Shown: positions 1-8,758 of the stretch, in pieces
How positions within the stretch are numbered: the stretch's first letter is position 1
How the letters are laid out: every line of letters begins with the position of its first letter
Assembly (NCBI GenBank): GCA_965197855.1
Contig: OZ240230.1
Location: 1,259,950-1,323,949, forward strand
DNA from: Bdellovibrionales bacterium
GTDB lineage: Bacteria > Bdellovibrionota > Bdellovibrionia > Bdellovibrionales > UBA1609
Length of the DNA: 64,000 nucleotides
Direction of reading: 5' to 3'
The notes under the pieces: model-generated
The model's database searches: none
Seen by the model: only the letters and a program-made list of their open reading frames with translations
Told to the model about the DNA's origin: nothing
Position numbers and translations under genes: made by a program

Positions 1-608
1 AGGCCAGTAAACAATCTTTTCGGCAAACTTTTTAGCTTATTATGGCTCAAGTTAAGAATCCCGAGAAAATGAAGACCGGCAAACAAACCTTCGGGTAAAG
101 CCTCTAACTTATTTTTCTCAAGGTGAAGCTCTTGTAAAGAAGAGGTCCCTGAAAACAAGCCTTCCGGCAATGTCTTCAACTTATTTTTCTGCAAATGAAG
201 TAATATCAGAGAAGAGAGACCAGCAAAAAGATCCTTATCCAAACTCCCTTTTAATTTATTATTATTAAGCTTAAGCCATTTTAGAGAAGAGAGACCAGCA
301 AAAACACCTTTCGGCAAAACCTCTAACTGATTATTATAGAGATAAAGCCATTTTAAAGAAGAAAGATCTGAAAAATCACCAGATTTAAGAGATTTTAAAT
401 TTTTATTTTCCAGTTTAATTCGCTCAATAGATTTTAAATCCTGAAGTTTTACTTTTGAACAATCTGTTGCTCCTACTTCTTGCATTATAACTTTTTGAAC
501 AATATCCGTTCTTTGACAGATATTCACTATTCCCACTATTTGAGGCTCTTGGGAAAAAGAAGAATTTGTTAATAGAAAAATAGTTAAAAAAAATAGCTTA
601 TTTCTCAT
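1..608 (-). CDS. Secreted leucine-rich-repeat protein, 'typical' 24-aa LRR (partial; runs off window start)
   Basis: Manual translation from ATG at 608: MRNKLFFLTIFLLTNSSFSQ (signal peptide), N-cap ICQRTDIVQKVIMQEVGATDCSKV, then LKWLYLYNNQLEVLPKGVFAGLSS-type repeats. Absent from the ORF track because it is open at the edge. Confidence 0.9.
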   Translation of the reverse strand, partial: MRNKLFFLTIFLLTNSSFSQEPQIVGIVNICQRTDIVQKVIMQEVGATDCSKVKLQDLKSIERIKLENKNLKSLKSGDFSDLSSLKWLYLYNNQLEVLPKGVFAGLSSLKWLKLNNNKLKGSLDKDLFAGLSSLILLHLQKNKLKTLPEGLFSGTSSLQELHLEKNKLEALPEGLFAGLHFLGILNLSHNKLKSLPKRLFTG

Positions 609-844
609 CTATCCCGATCCCCTTTTTTAAAGGCTCATAACCTCTTTTAGTTATAATGTGTTATTCTAAATTTCGTCAGTGTGATAAATACAACAACATA
701 TTTTTCATTTTACCATTATATTAAAAATATCAATAAACAATAGTAAAACACACCTACCATTTACTTTCTATTCCCGCGTGCGGGTGAAACTTAATTTAAA
801 GGAAAAACAGGGTTTTTCAGTAAATTTTGATATTTATTAAAAAC

Positions 845-879
845 ACTCATTTGACATTATTGAGTTTATTTGATAAATT
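845..879 (+). promoter_or_regulatory. Sigma70-type promoter of abiE operon with overlapping short inverted repeat
   Basis: TTGACA 851-856, 17-nt spacer, TG-n-TAAATT 871-879; ACTCA...TGAGT inverted repeat flanks the -35; ATG at 886 lies at the expected start site (leaderless). Confidence 0.6.
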
Positions 880-885
880 GAATTT

Positions 886-1488
886 ATGAAGAAAATCAAG
901 AAAAAAAAATCTATTCCTATTCAGAAGCTTCTGAACAAGTCCCTTATTTATTCAAGAGACTTTCGGGATAACGGCTATTCTTCCAGCCTGCTGAGCTATT
1001 ATCAAAATCAAGGGCTTATTCAAAAAGTGGAAAGAGGGCTTTACTATAATGTCCAAAAACCTCCCAAAATTGATTTTAAATGGGAAGACCTTGTATATGC
1101 TGTTCTCAGTATCCCTAATGGAGTGATAACAGGAATATCTGCTCTTGATATTTATGATCTTACTGATGAAATTCCTCGTTTCCATTGGATTGCTATACCT
1201 AATAACACTTCTATTGGTTCCCGACCTTCTGTGACAACTATCCGCACCCGTAATCATGAGCTGGGTCTTTCTTCCATTAAAATAGGTGATGTAGAGGTTC
1301 CTATTTATGAAAAAGAACGAATACTGCCAGAAGCTTTTAAACTGCTATCGAGGGAGACAGCTATCAAAGCTCTTAAAGAAGCCTTTAGCTCACAAAAAAA
1401 ATACCCAGATGTTGATAAACTCGTTGATTATTCAAAGAAGCTAAGAATAAATATTATACCTTACCTTGAGGTTGTTACCACTACATGA
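886..1488 (+). CDS. abiEi: Type IV toxin-antitoxin antitoxin, AbiEi family
   Basis: wHTH-like N-terminus (GLIQKVERGLY), GVITGISALDIYDLTDEIP and IYEKER motifs; ATGA overlap with downstream toxin. Confidence 0.85.
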   Translation: MKKIKKKKSIPIQKLLNKSLIYSRDFRDNGYSSSLLSYYQNQGLIQKVERGLYYNVQKPPKIDFKWEDLVYAVLSIPNGVITGISALDIYDLTDEIPRFHWIAIPNNTSIGSRPSVTTIRTRNHELGLSSIKIGDVEVPIYEKERILPEAFKLLSRETAIKALKEAFSSQKKYPDVDKLVDYSKKLRINIIPYLEVVTTT

Positions 1489-2348
1489 AAACTCTATCAG
1501 AAAATGCAATAAAAGATCGCTTAAAGAACCTTGCTTTTGAACAAAAAAGGGAATTTAATAATCTTCTGAAACAACTTTATTTAGAAAGATTTCTTGTCCG
1601 CTTAGCCCAATCAGACTTTGCCGATCATTTTATTTTTAAAGGCGGACAACTCTTAAGTTATTATCTGAAAATCGGAAGAGAAACAAAAGACTTGGATTTT
1701 CTGGTTCAACAAATCAAAACACAATCAGCTGATATAAAATCTATTTTTAGAAATATTTGCAATATAAATATTGAAGACGGATTTAAAACAATTTTTTCCT
1801 CAATCAGCCTTCTGAAACAGCCTCATATGATACATCATGGGTTTCGTATAATAATAAAAATCCAACATATCAAAGGCACACTTAAGGATAATCTACAAAT
1901 TGATCTTGGAGTTGGTGACACAGTTATTGCAAAAAGATTAGCTATTCCACTTCTCATGTATAATTCTGAACCCTTTTTTGAAAATCAGATATCCCTTCAA
2001 GTTTACCCTCCTGAATTTATTTTTGCAGAAAAATTGACGGCGATTATTTCAAGAGGAAAGACTACTAGCCGAATGAAAGATTTTCATGATGTGATTCTAA
2101 TGATCCGAAAACCTAAGTTATTAAAAATAGACCCATTAAAAAAGGCCGTCAACCAAGTATTCCAACATAAAAAACTAGAAAAGAAATTTCCAATCGAGTT
2201 TGATGATCCTAGTTACCAGAGATTAGAAGAATACTGGAAACAGCATCAACGAGGACTAAGGGAATTAACTAAGGATTTAAAACTACCAGATAGTTTCAAA
2301 GATCTAATTTCAGAGCTAAATACTTTTCTTTCAAAAACAAGCTATTAA
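1485..2348 (+). CDS. abiEii: AbiEii/AbiGii nucleotidyltransferase toxin
   Basis: LERFLVRL, FIFKGG, RETKDLDF, AEKL, SRMKDFHD motifs. Confidence 0.9.
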   Translation: MKTLSENAIKDRLKNLAFEQKREFNNLLKQLYLERFLVRLAQSDFADHFIFKGGQLLSYYLKIGRETKDLDFLVQQIKTQSADIKSIFRNICNINIEDGFKTIFSSISLLKQPHMIHHGFRIIIKIQHIKGTLKDNLQIDLGVGDTVIAKRLAIPLLMYNSEPFFENQISLQVYPPEFIFAEKLTAIISRGKTTSRMKDFHDVILMIRKPKLLKIDPLKKAVNQVFQHKKLEKKFPIEFDDPSYQRLEEYWKQHQRGLRELTKDLKLPDSFKDLISELNTFLSKTSY

Positions 2349-2349
2349 A

Positions 2350-2497
2350 TTAAATAGGGGCTACGAGTTCCCCACCATTTTCTACGGGATACTCTGGGTA
2401 TTAGAGGTTATGAGCAGTTACCAACAGGATGCAAGAGTGAATTTTTGTTAAACGATTCAGTTATTTCAACCTTTTGAACTCCTATCTTTTCACTTCT
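2350..2497 (+). repeat. Direct repeat copy 1 (att-like end)
   Basis: TTAAATAGGGGC..CCCACCA..TACGGGATACTCTGG..GTTACCAACAGGATGCAA.AGTGAATTTTTGTT.AACGATTCAGTTATTTCAACCTTTT.AACTCC.ATCTTTTCACTTCT, matching 4519-4687. Confidence 0.9.
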
Positions 2498-2510
2498 AAA
2501 CAGAGGCAAT

Positions 2511-2662
2511 AAAGTGGCGGCAATACAAGGTTAAGATGGCGGCAAAAAGTGGCGGCAATATAGGGTTAAGATGGCATCATAAAAACAACTAAAAGTGATA
2601 GCTTTATACTGCCACTTTTGTTACTTTATATTGCCACTTTTGTTACTTTATATTGCCACTTT
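2511..2662. repeat. Two facing short tandem arrays sharing an AAAGTGGC-AATA core
   Basis: About 35-bp unit x2 (AAAGTGGCGGCAATA..GGTTAAGATGGC) at 2511-2575; 22-bp unit CTTTATATTGCCACTTTTGTTA x~3 at 2602-2662 in the opposite orientation. Confidence 0.85.
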
Positions 2663-2674
2663 ATACTTAATATA

Positions 2675-3052
2675 TCATTGATTTGAATATTCCAGTTTAT
2701 AAACATACCATGTTGCTTTTTCAGGTCTCCTTCCGCCTAGATGTGCTTCACAATTTTGGTTTTTAGCTTCTCTTGTTTCAAAGGCTTGGGCTACAGATTT
2801 TGATTCATAGGTGTCAAGTACATTCCAGCTTATTATATTTCTTCCTTGCTTTCTATATTCCCGCGTCCATTCTTTCTTACGTCTTTCTGGATTAGTAGTC
2901 ATTCCAATTCTACAAGGTACATTTTCATCTTTTATATTAAAAAAATCAGGATTATTAACATATAAATAAGAAACTAACACAAGAAATACTAAAGATAATA
3001 TTGATTGGATAATTTTATTCTGATATTTTTTTCTTTCAATCTTCTTATTCAT
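2675..3052 (-). CDS. Membrane-anchored small protein with GIY-YIG-like motif
   Basis: N-terminal TM helix, then RIGMTTNPERRKKEW and AQAFE, resembling the GIY-YIG YIGxTxNxxRRxxEH and conserved Glu helix. Confidence 0.55.
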   Translation of the reverse strand: MNKKIERKKYQNKIIQSILSLVFLVLVSYLYVNNPDFFNIKDENVPCRIGMTTNPERRKKEWTREYRKQGRNIISWNVLDTYESKSVAQAFETREAKNQNCEAHLGGRRPEKATWYVYKLEYSNQ

Positions 3053-3098
3053 AAGGACAAATGCTCAAAGTCAATAGATGTACTCCCAGCTACTAATT

Positions 3099-4337
3099 TC
3101 AAATCCATAAAACATTTAAGGGAACAGCAAAGAAACCATTGCCAAAACTAACACTTGTTTCACCATTGTAAAGTATTACGCCACAAGCAAAATGTTTGCC
3201 CACAACCTTCTTCAACATACGCAATCCTTTGAAATCTGCTAAATTCAAGGTAGCGGAAGATTTAACTTCCACACCAGCTACCAAGTGATTCCTTTCTATC
3301 ACAATATCCACCTCAGCTCCTTTTTTGTTACGATAATGAAAAAAAACATGTCTTTGTTTGTGATAACTAGCTTGTCGTCTCAACTCTTGAAATACGAATG
3401 TTTCAAGAAGTTGACCTAATAATGGACGATTTTTTTTCAGAGATACATCATTGACACCAAGAAGAGTACATGCAAGCCCTGTATCACATAGATGAAGCTT
3501 AGGTGTTTTAATAAGTCGCCTGAAACGGTTGCTATGCCAGGGAGGTAACTTTTCCAGAAAAAACATTTGCTCAAATAAAGCAATATAATCAAAAACTGTG
3601 GGTCGGCTTACCTGAAAAACAGAAGCAAGATTAGTAAAATTCACAAGCTGGGATGTTTGAGTTGCAGATAGAGCTAAAAGCCTTGGAAGTATATCAACAG
3701 AACGAATTTTTGATATATCTAATATATCCCGTTGAATTAGAGTTTCTATGTAATTTTGATACCAATTGATTCTTCGTCTTCCAGAGGGACGTTTAAATAC
3801 TTCAGGGTATCCTCCTGTAACGATTCGTTCAATCAGCTTATTGAATGAGAATTCCATTTTCTTAGTTTTAAATGCACCTTTAAAAAGAGTATCAAGAAAA
3901 CGTGATTTATGTTGCTCCAACTCTCCTTGTGATAAAGGATGTAACCTTAAAATTTGCATACGACCTGCAAGTGAATCTGAAAGTTTTGGCATTCTTAAGA
4001 TATTTGCTGAACCAGTTAATATAAAGCGACCAGGTATTCTATTGCTATCAACCTCTTTTTTAAGTGTAGAAAAAATATTTGGAACTTTTTGGACTTCATC
4101 TAAAATAACCTTCTTTGATAATCCTTTTACAAATCCAATAGGATCTTCCTTTGCTGCTTTAGTCACCACATCATCATCAAAGCTGATATATTCATATTTT
4201 TTAGGTGTTCCCACCATACGAGTCAAAGTTGTTTTTCCACACTGCCGGGGACCGTGAATCAATACTACTGGTGAATCTTTTAGTGCCTCCAACAATAGGG
4301 GTTTAATATAGCGTGGATATAAAGCTGTATTGGACAT
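3099..4337 (-). CDS. AAA+ ATPase with DUF4143 and C-terminal PD-(D/E)xK-like domain
   Basis: GPRQCGKTT Walker A, ILDEVQ Walker B, LTGSA, DSLAGR, TPKLHLCDTGL, EVDIV..GVEVK. Confidence 0.9.
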   Translation of the reverse strand: MSNTALYPRYIKPLLLEALKDSPVVLIHGPRQCGKTTLTRMVGTPKKYEYISFDDDVVTKAAKEDPIGFVKGLSKKVILDEVQKVPNIFSTLKKEVDSNRIPGRFILTGSANILRMPKLSDSLAGRMQILRLHPLSQGELEQHKSRFLDTLFKGAFKTKKMEFSFNKLIERIVTGGYPEVFKRPSGRRRINWYQNYIETLIQRDILDISKIRSVDILPRLLALSATQTSQLVNFTNLASVFQVSRPTVFDYIALFEQMFFLEKLPPWHSNRFRRLIKTPKLHLCDTGLACTLLGVNDVSLKKNRPLLGQLLETFVFQELRRQASYHKQRHVFFHYRNKKGAEVDIVIERNHLVAGVEVKSSATLNLADFKGLRMLKKVVGKHFACGVILYNGETSVSFGNGFFAVPLNVLWI

Positions 4338-4384
4338 AATCTACTTCACTCTATCCGAATAATCAGTTGAGCGTCAAGTGGAAT

Positions 4385-4480
4385 TGGGGCTAATCGTAAG
4401 GTTGACATGGGGCTAATCGTAAGGTTAACATGGGGCTAATCGTAAGGTTAACATGGGGCCAATTGAAAGGTTGGCATGGG
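4385..4480. repeat. 23-bp tandem repeat x4 upstream of AAA-DUF4143 gene
   Basis: TGGGGCTAATCGTAAGGTT(G/A)ACA x3 plus degenerate TGGGGCCAATTGAAAGGTTGGCA; no spacers. Confidence 0.9.
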
Positions 4481-4518
4481 ATTATAAGAATGATAATTTC
4501 TATTTTAAACACAACTTA

Positions 4519-4698
4519 TTAAATAGGGGCGATTTGCCCCCACCGTTTTTAAGAATTTTTTTACGGGATTTTTACGGGATACTCTGGTTATGAGGGGGTA
4601 TCAGCGGTTACCAACAGGATGCAAAAGTGAATTTTTGTTGAACGATTCAGTTATTTCAACCTTTTAAACTCCCATCTTTTCACTTCTCAGGCCCACCA
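4519..4698 (+). mobile_element. Direct repeat copy 2 ending in tRNA-3'-like core; putative attR of an integrated island
   Basis: Matches 2350-2497; contains TTACGGGAT twice at 11-bp spacing; ends CTCAGGCCCACCA (4686-4698), resembling a tRNA-Ile acceptor end plus CCA. Confidence 0.55.
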
Positions 4699-4730
4699 TT
4701 TCATTTATAAGTCTTTGAAATTACTGGTGG

Positions 4731-5699
4731 TTATTTTTTTATTGAACTAAAAACTCTTCTGCAAGGTGCAATTAAAGGATTTTTGGATTTTTTATCTTTT
4801 GTGGAATTTTGAATTTGTTCCCCATTTTGAATAGTTTCATTAGCTAATTGTAATGTTTGTTCTGTTTCTTCTAACAATTTAATCATTCTATAATTTGTAT
4901 TAAAAAAGGAGAAATGCCAATACCACCTTAGATTGAGTGTATCAGGGGGGAATATGCCTGCCATCAACTTTGCAACTTGCTTTGGTGTTTGTTTTTGATT
5001 ATTTCTAATATCTAATTGAACTGGATTTTGAAGCATCAGGTGAGCTGTGTCTAAGTCATGAAATTGACTTGTTGAGTGTAAGACCATATCTCCATTCTTA
5101 TTTTGAGCGTTGAAATCAGTTGTGTGATTAACAACTATTTGTATAAAACCTTTCCTATATTCCGGTATTTCTTTCCATACATGTAATAAAGCAATAAGTC
5201 TCATAAGAGTTGGATTGCCCTTGGGATCTCTTGCTTGGTCATCTAAACCGTATTCAAAGAGTAATTCAATAATATGTAAGGGAAAGCGAGGCCGTGCACT
5301 TAGTTGAGTAGCTTTTATAAGAAAATGTTGTTCTGTTTTATAAATTTTATCTTCAGGGAAAGGGATATTAGGATCAGCTCCATTATTTAGAAGAATTTTT
5401 ATAGTCATAATACTATAATTTAAAATATCTTGTTCTATTCCATTTATGTGTTCTAATTGGGAAATCTTATTTTCTACATAAGCGTTATTTACAAGAGCTT
5501 GATTAAGATAGGTATACCCATTTTCATGTATACGATTTAGATTGTTTGTTTTCTCTTTTATGATTTGTGTTATTTTATTAAAGAAGTCTTTTACAAGATC
5601 TTCATCGGCAAGAGGATGATGTGAATCTACCATCATTAAATCAGCATGAGTGTACAGATTAAATAAAATACAAATTAATGCGAATAATCTTTTTAACAT
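4731..5699 (-). CDS. Secreted ankyrin-repeat protein
   Basis: Signal peptide; LLNNGADPN, DFNAQNKNGDMVLH, LDIRNNQKQTP; C-terminal CRRVFS. Confidence 0.8.
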   Translation of the reverse strand: MLKRLFALICILFNLYTHADLMMVDSHHPLADEDLVKDFFNKITQIIKEKTNNLNRIHENGYTYLNQALVNNAYVENKISQLEHINGIEQDILNYSIMTIKILLNNGADPNIPFPEDKIYKTEQHFLIKATQLSARPRFPLHIIELLFEYGLDDQARDPKGNPTLMRLIALLHVWKEIPEYRKGFIQIVVNHTTDFNAQNKNGDMVLHSTSQFHDLDTAHLMLQNPVQLDIRNNQKQTPKQVAKLMAGIFPPDTLNLRWYWHFSFFNTNYRMIKLLEETEQTLQLANETIQNGEQIQNSTKDKKSKNPLIAPCRRVFSSIKK

Positions 5700-5940
5700 A
5701 ATAAATTTATTGGTTGTGAAATGAGCTGTGTAACATATTTATCATCTTAATAATAGAAGTAAATTCAATTTTGAAATTTATTAATATATTGTGAAAAAAA
5801 TACATATAGGAGCTAATCTAATTGGAAATCATAGTGTTTAAATACAATATGCTTCCTTCAAGGGGCCGTTTTATATGGCGCTGGATAATTTGTACAGTTT
5901 ATTTTGGATAGGTGTTTTTAATGAATTTATTAAAACTCAA

Positions 5941-6336
5941 TTATTGTGCTTTACGAGATGGAGTCCAGCTTAATTCTGCCATTTCTTTTTTTGTTAAATG
6001 GCGTGTAACGCTTTTATAAGTCGCATCTATATTATCCATGTTACCAACAGAGTATCCCATGCTCTTATGGTGTAGACTTGCATAGATCGACTGTCCAATT
6101 ATTCCTCTATAATGAGGCTTGACTTCCCCAGATTTATTTAAGATTCGTTTTCTGATAATGCGCCTTTGTATTGGGAAAACAGTTGCTCTTTGAGTCGCAT
6201 GAAAAATTGTACTGGTGATAGTTTGTAATGTGCTTGGGTGTGAAAGTGATTTTTCACAACTTTTATCGCTAAAAGAGTTAAAACTAATCAATGACAATGA
6301 AAAAAGTAAAAAAAGTTTCCTCACGGATGACTTCAT
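5941..6336 (-). CDS. Secreted hypothetical protein (start moved to ATG 6336)
   Basis: MKSSVRKLFLLFSLSLISFNSFS signal followed by DKSCEKSLS. Confidence 0.6.
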   Translation of the reverse strand: MKSSVRKLFLLFSLSLISFNSFSDKSCEKSLSHPSTLQTITSTIFHATQRATVFPIQRRIIRKRILNKSGEVKPHYRGIIGQSIYASLHHKSMGYSVGNMDNIDATYKSVTRHLTKKEMAELSWTPSRKAQ

Positions 6337-6563
6337 CCTCTTTTTGTTGATGTTGGATTGAGTATATACAAAAAACGAAGAAAACACAGAGGATTTTTTA
6401 TAGAGGGGAGTAATACATATTTTCATAGTATGAATGTGTAATTTTACTGGACCTATATGAATGTATTTTTATCAATTTTGAAAAATATTCACTACTTCAA
6501 AAATATGTTGACACAGTTAGTCTTTTGAATGGAAATAGAAATGTTTTTTAGGAGGTTAGAGTT

Positions 6564-7145
6564 ATGAGGTTTTTAATACTTTTTGTTTTGTTTGGCTTTG
6601 GTTTTTCTATAGGGGCTAATGAAAGAGTTAACTTAAAAAATGCTAACGAAATAATATATGGTATTGATGGTGCTAATTATAGACTCAATGAAGATGGAGT
6701 TTTAGTGTCAGCTGGGATGGTTGTGATAGGAGAGGAAAGCCTTAGAGGAGCTTGCTCAGCTGGACGTATTTTTGATCTTAAAGATGCTCAATATGATGTT
6801 GAAAGAGAAGATTTTTATTATACTATTACTAATAACACGGATTCACCGGTTCTTGTGTCCAGAACCAGTGCTGACATGAGAGGTTTATTTTGTGCAACAC
6901 CCTTTAATAGCTTGGAAAAAGATGAGTGTTTAAAGATTTATGAAGATGATCGTTTTCATTCTTTAGTCAGCATTACTGTTAATGACGAAGTTCTATGTGA
7001 TGGTTGGGTGAATAATCATCTGCCTTTTTGTGAATTGAGTAAGAGCTATGAGATTACAAATAAAGGAGAAGAAAACTTTAATGGTTCTCAATATGACATA
7101 AACTTTGTCAGCGCTTCAACTAGAGCTGATTGTACAGAGATGTAA
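6564..7145 (+). CDS. Secreted Cys-rich hypothetical protein
   Basis: AGGAGG RBS, signal peptide, six Cys. Confidence 0.7.
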   Translation: MRFLILFVLFGFGFSIGANERVNLKNANEIIYGIDGANYRLNEDGVLVSAGMVVIGEESLRGACSAGRIFDLKDAQYDVEREDFYYTITNNTDSPVLVSRTSADMRGLFCATPFNSLEKDECLKIYEDDRFHSLVSITVNDEVLCDGWVNNHLPFCELSKSYEITNKGEENFNGSQYDINFVSASTRADCTEM

Positions 7146-7178
7146 TATTTCGATATTTCATAGGTTTTACGGACGATC

Positions 7179-7845
7179 ATGAAAACATATCTTTTGAAGA
7201 ATTTCTTGTATGTATTTTTTTCTTTTTAGTTTTTATTCACATTCCAGTGGGAGGGATGATTTAAATGAAGTGATGCGTAGGTATAAGGAACTTAATGAAG
7301 CTAGAGACAGATATACAAAATCTGTATACAGAATGATAGACGCGCAAGAGGTAAGAACTTTACGACAATACTGGAAAGAAGAACAGGAGCGAATAGAAAA
7401 AACTCAACGTGATGATAAAGAAGCACGAAAAGAACTTCTTGAAACTCTTAAAAATCATATAGGAGAAAGAGAAGTACTCTCACTTATGATCCTCATAGAG
7501 AATTATATCTACTATAGTCATGTTATTAATCTAACTTATGATAAACATGATGGATATGAGTTTCCTATGGTTTTGCATGTGGAATATGATGAAGCCAATT
7601 CATTAGTGCAGTTTTTTGCAAAATACTTTCTCGATAGAAGAGAATTGAAAGCAATGGTTTTACGAACATTCCAACACTTGCAAAGCTCACAATTATCAAG
7701 AATACCAATGAGTGAATTAAGACAGCTGGCCGAACAGTGGGGACCTCTGAGGATGAGACAAAATCTTTATAAGTATCAGTTAACAGATTCAATATTTACG
7801 GATTATTGTGAGAACTCTTTTAGTGGTGGAAGGGATCGCATGTGA
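7179..7845 (+). CDS. Secreted helical hypothetical protein; signal peptide split by a T7 tract
   Basis: ATG 7179 gives MKTYLLKNFLYVFF; removing one T from 7215-7221 fuses it to ORF 7210-7845; C-terminal CENSFS. Confidence 0.6.
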
Positions 7846-7939
7846 TATCTGCTTCAATTTGAAACAGAAAAATTACACTTAAAGAGCATTTGTTGAGCTA
7901 TTTATTGAGAATAGTCATAATGGTCATTGTGTGTGAAGG

Positions 7940-7964
7940 AGATCCCTGTCTTCGCAGGAATGAC
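7940..7964. repeat. REP/RPE-like palindrome
   Basis: AGATCCCTGTCTTCGCAGGAATGAC, same family as 16231-16312. Confidence 0.7.
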
Positions 7965-7981
7965 GAGGGTGTATAAATCCT

Positions 7982-8329
7982 ATGAAGTTATTTGTTTTTA
8001 TATTATCAATGTGCAGTACTTGGGTTTTTGCAGACGTTATAGATGATCAGGTGGATGCTTTAAAAGCTCACATGCAAAAAGCTTTAGATGTTCAAAATCT
8101 TAATGAAGAGAACATACAAAAAAAGATGGAGGAGATGTCAGAAAGTTTATCTGATGCTGATCTTAGTCAATTAAATAATCCTATCACTGAGCCCCTTGAA
8201 GGAATGTCTCAGGAAGAGTTTCGTAAAACGGAGGAGCTTGTTCAGCAAACACTGGATGAACATGGAGTGACTAAGGAAGATTTGAATCAACTCAAACAGG
8301 AAATTTCAGATTTCACTCAGTCCCAGTGA
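7982..8329 (+). CDS. Secreted acidic helical hypothetical protein
   Basis: Signal peptide ending VFA-D; E/Q-rich. Confidence 0.7.
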   Translation: MKLFVFILSMCSTWVFADVIDDQVDALKAHMQKALDVQNLNEENIQKKMEEMSESLSDADLSQLNNPITEPLEGMSQEEFRKTEELVQQTLDEHGVTKEDLNQLKQEISDFTQSQ

Positions 8330-8349
8330 TAATCCTGTAGGTCAAAAAA

Positions 8350-8736
8350 CTAGCTGGAAGGAGTGTTATCCGGGTCCTTCATCCATTTATCAATGCGATG
8401 AAGTGAGTTTAAAATATGGCGCATTTCTGTATTATCTTGTTCCAGCCATTGAACTAGATTTTTTAAATCCTCATATTCAGATTGAAGTTTAGTCAACTCT
8501 TGATTTTTCTTATTTAAAATTGAAATCAGCTCTTTATTTTTCTCCTCTAAATTCATAATAGGAGAGTCGAGAATATCGTTATCAAAAGGATTTTGTTCTG
8601 ACAAAGGTTGATCTTTGATTAGATATTTTGATGAAGAAAGTTGATATTCAATGTCACCTGACTTAATTTTTTTATGTAAAGAAGAAAGGCTGACTTTATG
8701 ACGATGAGCATACTCTTCTATAGTGATCCATTTCAT
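8350..8736 (-). CDS. Excisionase/MerR-like HTH plus coiled-coil protein
   Basis: WITIEEYAHRHKVSLSSLHKKIKSG HTH; heptad C-terminus; last gene of nuo run. Confidence 0.65.
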   Translation of the reverse strand: MKWITIEEYAHRHKVSLSSLHKKIKSGDIEYQLSSSKYLIKDQPLSEQNPFDNDILDSPIMNLEEKNKELISILNKKNQELTKLQSEYEDLKNLVQWLEQDNTEMRHILNSLHRIDKWMKDPDNTPSS

Positions 8737-8758
8737 TTTTTGCCTCTTTTATTATTTT

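Noticed and set aside
3766-4257. Antisense or shadow ORFs (also 24974-25370, 33485-34048, 54931-55218, 58996-59202, 62314-62538, 63088-63426 and similar)
   Set aside because: They overlap well-supported genes on the other strand or frame and show no family motifs.
4385-4480. CRISPR array
   Set aside because: Units are head-to-tail with no unique spacers; no cas genes in the window.
2350-4698. Integron attC cassettes
   Set aside because: No clear RYYYAAC...GTTRRRY boundaries with the required long hairpin, and no intI in the window.
4686-4698. Complete tRNA gene
   Set aside because: Only a 13-nt 3'-end-like match; no T-loop GTTC or cloverleaf upstream.
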